Assembly: GCA_043228905.1 (NCBI GenBank)
Contig: JBHGNT010000001.1
Location: forward strand, 3,534,001-3,598,000
Origin: Azolla caroliniana
Taxonomy: Eukaryota; Plantae; Polypodiophyta
DNA: 64,000 nt
Direction of reading: 5' to 3'
The notes under the pieces: model-generated
What the model saw: the letters and a program-made list of their open reading frames with translations, nothing else
The model's database searches: none
What the model was told of the DNA's origin: nothing
Shown here: in pieces, positions 13,417 to 25,586 of the stretch
Layout: each line of letters opens with the position of its first letter
How positions within the stretch are numbered: position 1 is the stretch's first letter
Program-made: the position numbers and the translations under genes

Positions 13417-14113
13417 TATTTTTGAGTTTATGCCCTGAGAGCAATGCTGAAGAACAAATAGAACATGGATAGGGATAATCTTGAACAAAGTGATTAGTTT
13501 ATTAACAATAGTAGACCATGATTCAACATTTGCCTTTGTTTATGTCCACAATATCTAAAGAAACAAGGTTCACACATAAAATAGCATGCATTCTACTTTA
13601 CTGAACAAAAGCCTGTTGGAAGATAAAAAAACAAGGAGAGGGGCCAAGGACATATTTTTGAGTTTATCCCCTGCGAGCATTGCCAAAGAACGAATAGACC
13701 ATGGATAGGGATAATCTTGAACAAAGAGATTAGTCCACTGACATTAGTAGACCATGATGCAACATTGACAATATCTAAAGAAACAAGGTTCACACATAAA
13801 ATAGCATGCATTCTGCTTTACTGAACAAAAGCCTGTTGGAAGGAAAAAAACAAGGAGAGGGGCCAAGGACATATTTTTGAGTTTATCCCCTGCGAGCATT
13901 GCCAAAGAACGAATAGACCATGGATAGGGATAATCTTGAACAAAGAGATTTCCATTGACATTAGTAGACCATGATGCAACATTTACCTTTTTTCATGTCC
14001 ACAATATCTGAAGAAACAAGGTTCACACATAAGAATAGCATCCATTCTGCTTTTGTGAACAAAAGCCTGTTGGAAGGAAAAAAACAAGGTCCAGAGGAGC
14101 CAAGGACATATTC
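13417..14113 (+). repeat. Tandem repeat, about 3 units of ~220-235 bp
   Basis: atggatagggataatcttgaacaaag recurs at 13465, 13701 and 13920; gaaacaaggttcacacataa and tgaacaaaagcctgttggaag each occur three times. Confidence 0.9.
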
Positions 14114-14806
14114 CTATGCAATATCCATAGAAATAATCACTTCCATTACAAAAGAATGGAACAATTGAGATCAGTTTCATAGTTTGTGCTCGACTCCTAT
14201 GAGGTCCACATCGTTGAATCATTCAAAGAAATAATGTTTTCAAATCAGATCCTCTGCGAGCTGTCACTCAGACATGGGTTACATGGGTGTAACAATAGCC
14301 CATAGAAAGAGTGGTATTGCATGCAAACGCAACTTCTTCTTGGATAAAAATTAACCTGATGAATAATACTCAAAATTAAAATTATAAACTTGACATGTTG
14401 TACAGTTATGTTATTATTGACCTCTATTCCATCTTTATGTTGAAGCAAGTTTTTTTTGTTCTAATTTGTACTTGGACATTCATTTTGCCTATCCCCTGAG
14501 AATTGTTTCTCCCCCATGTTTTCGAGTTTTTGGGAGATAATCTAATTATCAGACGTTCTTCGTTCATTCAACCATCAGTGCCCAAGTTAATACCATATAT
14601 AATTTCAGATAGAGAAAATAAGAGGCAATTTTTCATCATTACTGGGTGGAATCTGAAAATGCATTTTTAGAGATTCTCTGATATGGTGACATTAAATTCT
14701 ACCACTTCGGATGATTAAATGTCTATGATGGTGGTAACAATGGGGATCTAAAGATTTGGGATTTGGATATTACATGAATGTGTACAACCTGGTAAGGAAA
14801 ATGTGT

Positions 14807-14905
14807 CCCTGACTGATCAAGATTTTAACTTATATCTATTCCATAAATGTTTAACCCTGAGGGATCAAGAATTAACTTATCTATTCCCTAAATGTTTATT
14901 CCTTA
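14807..14905 (+). repeat. Short tandem duplication, 2 x ~50 bp
   Basis: ccctga..gatcaaga..ttaactta..tctattcc.taaatgttta occurs twice in a row. Confidence 0.7.
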
Positions 14906-14987
14906 ATAAACAGGGAAGGACCTTTTTAAATAGTATACACTTCGCTTTCATGCCAGGTGGAGCTAATGAAGCCTTCTTGAAAGCTTT

Positions 14988-14990
<3 letters not shown>

Positions 14991-15025
<35 letters not shown>
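14991..15025. repeat. (GA)n microsatellite
   Basis: Perfect GA run. Confidence 0.95.
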
Positions 15026-15029
<4 letters not shown>

Positions 15030-15379
15030 CCTGGGTCCTGCAGTCTTTCTTTCCCTGTGCATGCCCAAATACAAACATGATTAATAATGCCCTGTTCTCT
15101 CTGTAATTTTGCTCTCTTAGCGAGTATATTGGCGCTAAGGCCTAGGTCGACACGTGTTCCCCTGTGTCACGTGACATTCATCATAGGACAAATCAAACCA
15201 TTAGAGGAATATATTTGTTGTTTCATAACCTACCAAGATAATTAAGTTAGACCTTTCACACTTTCTAGAGTTTGTTTACAATAAATCGGTTCATTCTTCT
15301 ACGAGATAGAAACTCACATTCTTATCAAAATAGTGAATGAATGACATATCCTCATTCGACGACACCCGAACATGTAGAA

Positions 15380-15680
15380 TACTCACCAAATCTTGTTCTT
15401 GAGAATCTTTTGCTTTGACTCCAGGTGATCTAGGGTAACCCTTTCTCGCTATTTTTTATGCCCGGACCACACACCAAAAGGTTACAAGCCATCGTCGCCT
15501 CAACCCCTCACCATGTGAACCTAAGTTTCAAGGCTAGGGATTATGTATGGCTCTTATGATGTAAACCATTATGCCCTACTACAAGCTTGATTATGAACGC
15601 CCTTGGCCATTTGTGATCTTCTGACGAACCCAATGAGCTGATATTTCTGGAACCTTATGCATCGTGCTCTAGTCTATATC
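15380..15680 (+). mobile_element. Highly degenerate Ty3/Gypsy integrase C-terminal remnant
   Basis: Broken frames give SFKARDYVWL and KLDYERPWPFVI, resembling the FxxGDxVWL...KLDxxxLGPFxI (GPY/F) region of Gypsy integrases. Confidence 0.45.
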
Positions 15681-17383
15681 ATGTTATTCCTCCCCCTCCC
15701 CTCTCCCGTTGAGCTTGTTGATAGAGAAGAGTATAACTTATAAGGATGGTGTTGTTTCTTCTCATTTTCCTTTCTTCTTACTCTCACTTCCAATACAATA
15801 CAATATTTGGCTTCAACACAAGACAAGAAACCATTCTTATGTTTTTTGTGCTTATCTTTGATTGTAATCCTCTTTATATCAGTTCATCACAAATACATTT
15901 GCATGTCTCTTCAGTCTCTATTTTATTTTTTTGTGGTTTGGAAAATGCATCCTGAAATAGATTTATTTTATTTATGCATCATGATAATTATCGACAAAAT
16001 GTGGAGTCGGGTTGGAAGAACATGCATGGATTGGATTAGGATTTGAGCTTTAAGAAAATGTCTTGCTCAAGTCAAGTGTTCGGCAAAAATATGTCGTCAT
16101 ATTAATAATTCATTGTCATTGTCAAAAGTTTAATCTTGGATGATGAGTACAATAGATAGAGACAAATGAGTTGAGGTTTAATGACATGTTTTTCACTCTA
16201 CATTGCCAAATGTCTACTTTGTATAATGTTGCTTGTCTAGTCGAAAGTTATTCACTACACCGATTATACTAGATTATGTATTTTGTTGACCAGTCCATCA
16301 AGTCAAATCATTGTTAACAATATTGATCAAGCAATATGATATGTGGCAGCAAGAACCTTAAAATTTATATTGTCGATGACAAGTCCACCATTTCATGAGA
16401 ACTAAACAAATTTAAAAGCTTTTAAAATTTAAGAGAAACCAAGGGATAAGTTTTGGAATTTTCCCTTATTTCAAGCTTGGGTGGCCTATCGTTTTTCATT
16501 AAATTAGGTGAGTAAACGAGCATCGAATCTACAATAGCGAGTCTCATAGTTCAAGTTTGACTAGCTACATTCTTGAGGCTAGTAATAAAATCTATCCATC
16601 TACCTATCAATCTATGAGTTAATAGAATATAGAGAAGAAGCTTCGCCCCTTGACCCCAAACTTCTGAAACTTAAACTACAAGCATCCGAAAGTCAAGTGT
16701 TTATTATTATATACCAAAATGGTATTGCCCAATGATAACCTCTTAAGAAAAAAGATGGGGTGGAGTTGGGGAATAAAAGTGGTAATGGGGGAGGGGAGTG
16801 GATTGATAATGTAGAACATGCATGGATAGCAAAACTTAAAATAAAGAAAGGCAGAGAAGAGAGAAGTCTATCGAATTTAAGGCTACAACGGCATGCGGCC
16901 TGATTCGTGCCCGATATTCGAGATGTCCACATCCTTCGAACTAACTCCGTTCACACATAGACATACACATACACACGCATACGCATACATACATAGTATT
17001 AAATCTGGGTTGGGGGGGGGGGGTGAGGGGGCTATGTGAGCTAATGTGCTAATGTGTCATGACACAATCTCTTGATCTCTAGATTTATATGTGTTCAGTT
17101 GACTCTGATTTCCCACCCCATATTCTGTGTGTGTGTGTGTCTGTCTCTTTCTCCCACACCCACACCGACAGGAAGGAATGCACCAATACACCCACACCCA
17201 ACCCATGGGCATGTGTAACTAAGGACAGATCTATCTGCTAAGAAAATCACCCATTTCCGTTCATCGCTCCATATAACCCACAAAAAAACAGCTAGGCTGG
17301 ATCAATCTAACCACAGTAACCTGGCCATAGATTGGTTTTGCACTCCTCCATTACAGGGAAATTAGAGCTCAAAGTAAAGAGGC

Positions 17384-18124
17384 ATGGATTCTTCACCCTC
17401 AGTTAGGTTACTCATCACTAACAATAACAATGGATACCGATATCCGTACGCTCTGTCGAGCGGCAGGGCGATGACGATCTCCATCATTGTCCTCTTCATC
17501 GTGCTGATCTTAGCGCTAGCTTTCCACATCTATGCAAAGTGGTTCATGAGGCACAACCGGCAAGCGGCCGGCGGCGGTGGCGGCCACGAGAACAACCGGA
17601 GCGCGGGTGTCGGCCTCGACAAGATGGCGATTGATTCGTTGCCCGTCTTCACTTATGCCTTGCCCATTGATCGAGAGGCCAAGGGGGGCGAGGCCGGCAA
17701 AACGAGAGCGAGGATTGTCGAAGAGTGTGCCGTGTGTTTGTCGGAGTTCCAGGAAGGCGAGAAAGTGCGGTTCCTGCCCAGGTGTGAACACAGATTCCAC
17801 ACAGAGTGCATAGACATGTGGTTCCATTCCCATTCCACATGCCCACTCTGCAGGACCGCTGTTATGGTGGCGGAAACTCCTGTTGTAACAGGGTCCAATG
17901 AATCTCATGCCCAAGCTATGCCTCCCAATGATTTAACTGTTCCCTCAGCAGCCACTACTGTAATAAGCCAAGGCAACGTGATTGATCATGCACCCCCACC
18001 ATCGAGTTCTCCTCTACATAACACTTATACAGTAGTACCCCCTTCTTCTTCTTCTCTATCCACACCTTCACATTCTTCCGGCTCTTCCACATCTCTCTCC
18101 TATGTGTCCATCAATATTAACTAA
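17384..18124 (+). CDS. ATL-family RING-H2 E3 ubiquitin ligase, copy 5 (ATL2/ATL3-like, intronless)
   Basis: YALSSGRAM then TM (ISIIVLFIVLILALAFHIYAKWF), [24 protein letters not shown]...[23 protein letters not shown]; the most canonical member of the array. Confidence 0.96.
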   Translation: MDSSPSVRLLITNNNNGYRYPYALSSGRAMTISIIVLFIVLILALAFHIYAKWFMRHNRQAAGGGGGHENNRSAGVGLDKMAIDSLPVFTYALPIDREAKGGEAGKTRARIVEECAVCLSEFQEGEKVRFLPRCEHRFHTECIDMWFHSHSTCPLCRTAVMVAETPVVTGSNESHAQAMPPNDLTVPSAATTVISQGNVIDHAPPPSSSPLHNTYTVVPPSSSSLSTPSHSSGSSTSLSYVSININ

Positions 18125-20099
18125 CCACACCCTCTCCCCACAAGGAGATCAGGCTTCTTGATCTGAAGTCAACCCCATCTCCATTAACAATGGAGTAAGT
18201 ATGAAAGTATTAAGGGGATAAATACTGTGAACATATTAATCAAAATACTATACGAACCGCACAATTTTTCATTACCTCCCATAAAAAAAATAAGACGCTT
18301 GATATGGATGTATATATACATATATAATGACCCACTGCTGTAAAAAGGAACATGTCATTTGCACTAGTTGTACCTAGCTCATTCTCATCCCCGTTTTTTT
18401 GCCGATCCAACACAGTGACAAGTAATCCGATTGTACAGTTATTACATGATTTGCCTCCATTCCATGTACACACTAGGGAGGATTTCTGTGAATAATTTTT
18501 TGGTTTCCTGTTTTTTCCTTGCAGCTGTAATTGGATTCTTCAAACATTCAGATTTATTCATTTTCAAGACCTTCATGAGACCTCCAGCTCATAATTCAAC
18601 TACCTCCCAGTGCTCTTAATCTTCATTTTCTTGTCATGAGTTATTTTTGCTCCATGAATTAGGATGACTAGCAAAAGTAAAATAATTTGATCTGAATAGA
18701 AATCAATAATGTTGTGTAGAAATTACTTGATTAGAGAAAAATCATGTTTAATGTTATAGGTATTTATAATGAGTGGATGAATTTCTGGATTTTTGGTGGG
18801 GGCAAGAGAATGAGTAATTCCTTCCTAAATGCTACTAGGAACTAATTCCTTTTTGTGCTCTAATTCAGACATTGCTGGTTGAACCCGAATTTCTGCATGT
18901 GACTCTGTTAAAAATATACATATATTTGCCGATCCCTATCATGATCCCTAAGAGAACATAGATATCTAGCTTTCACAAAGATAAGTAGGTATGATGGTAG
19001 TGTGTAACCGGCTTGTTTGTGATCTTGCATCTAAAATTGAGTGAGTTCCGCATTTGCATTCCAATGAACTTGGCTCACACATTGGATGGAAATGGGGACA
19101 AATGTGCGATGAATCAATTTAAGTCCTAAATCTAAGAGAATCCAAGTTTGATCCAGCTCCGCATGCATAGGCTCGGCTTGTAAAAAATCAACAAACCAAT
19201 GTCCTACTTCAGATCATCGATGCATGTTTTTTTTTCCATAAAAATATCCTCCATTGATATTAAAATTAAAGTGGCCAAAGCCAATATACAAATAGTCTAT
19301 AATATTTTCCATCTCAACAAGTATAGATCATCCGAGAAAGGACCAAAGGTAAGTGTTAGCATCAATCTCAATGTTCATCAATTGATACATGTTTTTGTTA
19401 ACCCTCCACATAACATATAGTATCGTGATTCGACTTACAATACATGAGGACTCTACTGAAGCAAGCTCTTTGTTTTGCTCTAATGAATTGTTCATTGGGA
19501 TGTCACATTCATACATTGGCATGACTACTAATTCATGATGATAATCTCCCTCATTGAAACTTTTATCCTTGCTCTGGATACACAACACACATATATAACA
19601 TGCACAATAAGTATGTATGTGCTAAACATAGAAGCAATGTAATGAAATGCTTTGGCCAAGAATTTGCTCATGCATCACACATAGGAAGAGAGTGAAACAA
19701 AGGCCAATGATTAATAGATTTATAACTTGTGTTTCAGCCAGCGGGGACATGGGACTCTATTCCATAAGCATACGTGGCATGCACACATTGGTTGCGGAAA
19801 AGCCAGGATACGTGCGTTTTCACTTATGACATGGATAGTTACACCTATTTTTTTATTTTTTTATTTTTTAAATATACACCTTAGTATATTACTTGAGAAA
19901 TGTACATAGAGAAAACAGAAGGAGACATTTCATCTCACTTCTATTGTGATACAAAGGCTAGTACCAACATCTGATCAAACAGATGGTATCATATAAGAAA
20001 CAAATGGAGCGAAAACAATGAGCTATGCAGCAAAAAAGAAGGTATGGCATAATTCCACCTCGACCAGAAGTTGTATTTGAAAATAAGAGAAGCCCTTGC

Positions 20100-20600
20100 T
20101 ATTGTTTGTTAAAGGCCACTTGACATTGCCATAGAACATCAGCTGAACCTTGCAGATCATCATATTGACCACGCCGTGTATAGACAAATAACAACCAGAA
20201 TTCAATAAGCACGGTTCAGAGATGTATGTGAGCATTATTAAAAACAATATCACATCTCACTTTCCATATTATCCAAAGAGCCAATGACGTAATAGTACGC
20301 CAAATAACCAGTTTTTTAATTCTAAACCGTCGAATAAAATATGGAAATGAGGTGAGATCGAGGTGTCCATGGGAAAAGTGAAAGACATGAGAAGCATACA
20401 ACTAGTTGAGGGATATAATATAGATATATTTTTAACGTCCATGGGATACCTATTATGATCTGTGAGATGGTGCCTACACCGTGGCAAGGATCAAACTTGG
20501 GTTCTCTCAATTTTATGGATAATGTTGTCCTCATCTTATGACTATCCACGTCATGACATAATCCCATGGGTGACCTCTCAAATTTGTCTTGTCATATGAA
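20100..20600 (-). mobile_element. Degenerate L1-type LINE ORF2 C-terminal fragment
   Basis: Minus-strand WRTITSLALWIIWKVRCDIVFNN resembles the LWxIWxxRNxxVF motif after the zf-RVT domain of plant L1 ORF2. Boundaries are approximate. Confidence 0.5.
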
Positions 20601-21295
20601 ACACCAACATGCTTATGTTCTCCCATGTTAGAACACCAAATCCATGCATTTGTTGACACGCACTTCATGCAACTCTAGTCCGCACATCCAATATTTAACC
20701 CATTCCATTCCAATTCAAACTTCTACCCAATGGAACATTGATCCTCAAAAGCGGTTTCAAGAGCTTCTTACCCCCATGCAAATTATAATTAGTGATAATG
20801 GGGCTAACTAATAAAAGATTGAGCTAATCTTGAAACAAGGAATCAATATTGAGGATCAACTCCTCCAAATAAATTGTATTTAACTTCTCAACCTCCCCTC
20901 AATTTATAATCATAATATTGAATTTCTTTTAACTCCCACTAACTATGTACAATTAATTCCTTAATTGTCATGTTATATTGGTGCACAACACGTATGGCCG
21001 CGATAAAGCTTCCACGTGACTTAGGGATGATTATAGTGTGAGAAGTAATCAAGGGTGAACCCTCCTCTTTCTTTATGATCTACAATGTTTTGCAATGTTT
21101 TTCCTCATACTGAAACCCACATACTTGAATGCTCACTATAAGGACACTAAAACCAAACATACTTAGGCATCAACCTATATTTGGTCATGAGAAATAATTC
21201 CATGAGAAACAATTACATGAACATTTGAATATATACCCATCAACCTATAGCTCGATCGAATCACAATTTTACATCAATTACATAATTATTCATAT

Positions 21296-21821
21296 ATGTC
21301 TAATTTGTCAAGTTCCAACATAAACTCAAACTTTGTTTAAATTGCCATGTGCATTATCCTTGTATTTTTCTTGCTTGTTGGTCTCTTTATCATTTACACA
21401 ATTTGGTGATGGGTTGAAGAAGTGGGTACTTGAGCTTAATATCACACAACATGATATTACCACCCAATGATTATAGTTGTAATGTCATATTGGCACCTGG
21501 TGATCTTATTTGCAAAGTTGTGGCAACAATCTAGTCATGGACTCCTTGCATGTCTTGTACATATTAATTCGTGGAATGACAATTTAGTTTAATCATTGGA
21601 ACTAGAAATGACCCAGATGTAGTGTGCTTAAGTCTAGGATCCTCTATTCCATTACAAACTGGGGGTCTATCATTTGCTTGATCTCCACTAGAAGAAAGAA
21701 GGAAACATGTGATTCCTTTCCATGTGTGAACATAGATAGGCTCCACACTAATTGCAAAGTGATCACGTGGTTTCATCTGTGTTCCACATGCCCCATTTAC
21801 ATGACTTTTTTGTATTCTTAG
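21296..21821 (+). pseudogene. Decayed ATL RING-H2 pseudogene (6th array member)
   Basis: ATG, TM remnant (IAMCIILVFFLLVGLFIIYTIW) interrupted by stops, MDSLHVL (cf. IDSLPVF), broken RING LHTNCKVITWFHLCSTCPIY (cf. [19 protein letters not shown]). Confidence 0.75.
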
Positions 21822-22903
21822 TGGATATTAATAACCACTTCATTGAATTTCATCAAGACACAACATTCCCCAACAAAACTAATAAATATAGGGTCTAAGA
21901 TTGCAATATCAACGCGGTTACCTCTTCTCCACACAAAGAGTGGATATTGTAAATGAGCCCCATGACATCATCGCAACAACAAAAATATGTACATGTAACA
22001 AAATATCCCTTGCTTGCAATACAATTTATTAGTAAAACAAATTCAACTGATGAATGTTGGGTTCAATAGCAAATTGGCATATTTGATCATCATAATTAAT
22101 TGAATTTGTTAGTTTGGAAACCCTAAAATGTTCCCATTGCCAATTTATAAAAAAACACATATCCTAAATATTCCAAGCTCTAAAAATATGTTGTTTACGC
22201 CATCTTATTAGTACATGTGTTAAAGCATACCATCGGGAGAGTTTGCTTTAATAGCTAATACATACATGATGCAATCAAATAATATACTTACATAAACGCA
22301 TAAATTGATAGCCAAGCATTTTCACATAATTACTCATTTCGTGTGAATGTGAACATAGATGAAATAAATCTTCATTTTTCATATTCTTGAAACATAGTTA
22401 TATTTAAGGAAATAATTTTAGTTTGGTTCTTGTAGGAAAAGCATTCCTCTTGCATATATTTGAATAGTTTTGTATCTTAGAACATTTGAAAGTTGTTAAA
22501 GAAATCTCACGTTTACGGTTGTCTACAATTTGCAAAAATCCCTCCAAAGATTCTTTGGCTTTATTTTGAGCATAATTTCTATTGGGGGTTTGCCATTTTG
22601 AGATTCCCCTCTAATAATTTATTCATTGGTAAATAATTATACCAAAGACATTCATCGTATTTTAACTTAAAAAACATTCTTGGAGATAAAACAAGTAAGA
22701 GCTTTTGACCTATAGAAAATCGAGAAAGAGAAGCAAGTATATTCCTTGAAACATAGTACCATGATCAAAGAGATTTATGAGAAAGCATTTTAGGTTCAAA
22801 AGAGACACCATGACATTCATCATTCTTGGAGGAACCCATAAGATGCAATAAATTGAGGATCTAATTATTTCTTGCATCATATCTTTGTAAATTGCATATA
22901 GGA

Positions 22904-23350
22904 ATGGAAAGCCAAGAGCAAATTACGGAGCATCGTGGTGTCAATGCTCCAACTTCAACTATGAGTTCATGGCAATACATAAGGGAACGACTTTCTATGG
23001 CTCCGATTTCACCAATTAGTTCGTGGCAATACATATGGGAGAAGCTTTCTATGGTCCCCACTTCAAATATGAGTTCGTGGCTACACATAAGGGAGAGACT
23101 TTCTACAATATTCTCTTTAATATGGATAAAGCAACAAGGTGGGCGTATGGATGCAAAAGATTTGCAAGAAAAAATGAAGGGACTTCGGAACGTTCTACAA
23201 GGGTTGCAAAGCATAGAAAAAAACATATTGGATACTGCCCAATTAGAGACATCAAATATCCTTGATGTCATTATTGATGATATTCAAAGCCTCCAAAATG
23301 CATGTTCCCTTATCTTCTCCAAAATGGCTAACAATGTTTCCTCTACTTAA
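22904..23350 (+). CDS. Putative orphan protein (148 aa) with three 18-aa repeats and a coiled-coil-like C-terminus
   Basis: Open 447-bp frame in AT-rich DNA with three in-frame 54-bp repeats (xPxSxxSSWxxIxExLSx); no recognised family. Confidence 0.4.
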   Translation: MESQEQITEHRGVNAPTSTMSSWQYIRERLSMAPISPISSWQYIWEKLSMVPTSNMSSWLHIRERLSTIFSLIWIKQQGGRMDAKDLQEKMKGLRNVLQGLQSIEKNILDTAQLETSNILDVIIDDIQSLQNACSLIFSKMANNVSST

Positions 23351-25586
23351 TGTCTTTCTGCCTCTCAAACTATTACTAAACTTCTTTGAATGTAACACCA
23401 TAAACACATTATTTCAATATTTTTAATGGATATAATAGATATATGTTTAAGATTGTTAAGTTGAAACACTAATCACATACACCACCTTTACCATCACTCT
23501 CTCTAAATGTTTTGAACTCGGTTCTCTGCTTGGTCCTTTTCTTCTTGGAATTAAATTCATGCTAGAATGATGGGAATCACGTATGTTTGAACTCTTGTTT
23601 CTTGATAGGATTCACAAACTAATTTATTTCAACAAACTTATTTTATTTTAATAAAGCATTCAATACTTCCATTTTCAATAAAAGATAATTAGTCTTAGTT
23701 GGATATTTGAATAGATCAATCCAAAATGTGTCTCAACAAATAAAGCAGAATCCTATTCATTGTGTGAAGGAAAGTTGGTCGATGTTTATTTCAATTTTAA
23801 AAGGTCAATATGACTCCTTCATTGGTAATGAAGATATTGTCTTTTTGAAACAACAATCCTTTAAAGGCAAGTGGAAGGATTTGTTCGTCTTTGTGGAGAG
23901 AAATGACAAAATGGTTTGGCAAGATGTACCTCCTCGATGGTTGTTTCCTCCATAGTACGTAAAATTTGTGTTCGTCTAGCATAACATTCGTTTTCCTACT
24001 TGGAAAACGAATGCGAATGTTATTCAAACATTCTTGTGTTTTTTTTTTGTTTTTCCCCCATTTTTTTTATGTTTTTTTTCCCATTTTTTAGGCTTATTTA
24101 CCTCATAATAAATTGTTAATCCAAAAGTATGGTATTTATCATTCTTTGAGGGTGTTTTTCTTATGTGAATTACTGAAACATTCGCGAAGCACGTATGGTA
24201 CATATGGTTCATACTATGGTAAACTTTCCTCCATAGATGGAGTTTGGTTTCACTTATGACTGAGTGACGGATATACCTTTTCTTTGCTATCTTACCCTCC
24301 ACTAGATTGTATCATTATATGTTTTGTATGTGCTTATTGGATTGGTAATGGGAACTATAGTGTAGTTTTGTTTAAAATAAAAAGAGAAAAAAAGATCAGT
24401 GGTCTTAGATTTGTAACCATTTGGATTATTCAAGGAAAACCATTTAACTACACAAACCTTTGTTTACAATAATTTACAGGGAAAGACTTCACAATCCCTC
24501 GTAGTTTTGCAATATATCCCCAAATGCCATTGGCTCGTCCATCAAGCAAGACATGCTCCCCTCCCCTTTGTGATGTATTCCTCTGGCTTTTAAATGAGAT
24601 ATGTATATGTGATTGCTCACGTCTCCTCGTGCATAATGTGGTATAAATGATGATTCCAATTTCCATGTGCTTGTATACAATTAAGCTTTGGTTTACATCC
24701 TTATTAAGAAACAAATCAAAATGAAAACTTTAGCATTTTTGTAGTGTATGCCACTCTTGGATATAAAAATCTAAAACACTAGGTGAAAAAAAAAACTTGT
24801 ATACGTGAAAGCTTTGATGATATGGCTTTGAGTAACACTGCAAATTCATAATCAATAAGTTAGTTTCAGTTCTCATATTTGATGCAATGCTCTCACATCG
24901 TGCTTAACATGCGATGTTGTCTTAAGATACATCGACACTAATATGACTATCATATTGTCATCAATTGGTAATGTGACCTTGAAATGTATAAACTTGCTTT
25001 GCACGTCGATGAAAAGGATATGGTTGTCACGTCATAATCTAAGGCATGAACGACAAAAGGAAGTTGCATTCATTTAGGTGTCTCAATTGAGCAAGTGAAT
25101 CCGTGTAAGGAAACCATAAACGATGGTTGAAGAGGTAAGATTGGTTGGCTCACATGCATTGAACCTCATAAACTCCCTTTCACATGTCAACGGAAGACCA
25201 CAAAGACAAAATCTAACCCAAAGCAAGCCAAAACAACAAAGGGCAGCCAATCCATGGCACACATGTAAGCAAATGATACGATAACGAATCATCAGTGATT
25301 GACAGGCAAAAACCATGTCGGGCAGTGGAGGCCAAGCCATAGACGATACAAATGATCGGTCACACAAACTTCCAACTGAAATGGGAATGTGCATGTTCAC
25401 ACTTGGGCCGGCCGGGCGAAGTGTGTCAGTGTGACCAGACGAACCCAATGGTTGGTTCTACCGTCCCATTATTTGATTTTACCTTCTGCTGCACACACTT
25501 TCTCCTTTTCTTCTTCGTCTGCTGCTTTTCTCCTGTGGGGTTTTTAGGGTTGGGCTTAGGGTTAGGCCTATTCTTCTTCGTCGAAG

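Noticed and set aside
13417-14113. Regularly spaced repeats as a possible CRISPR-like array
   Set aside because: Whole ~220-bp units repeat with no unique spacers, no cas genes, and the context is eukaryotic.
15146-15174. Two adjacent G-box (CACGTG) motifs
   Set aside because: Short motifs over 2 kb from the nearest ATG with no supporting evidence.
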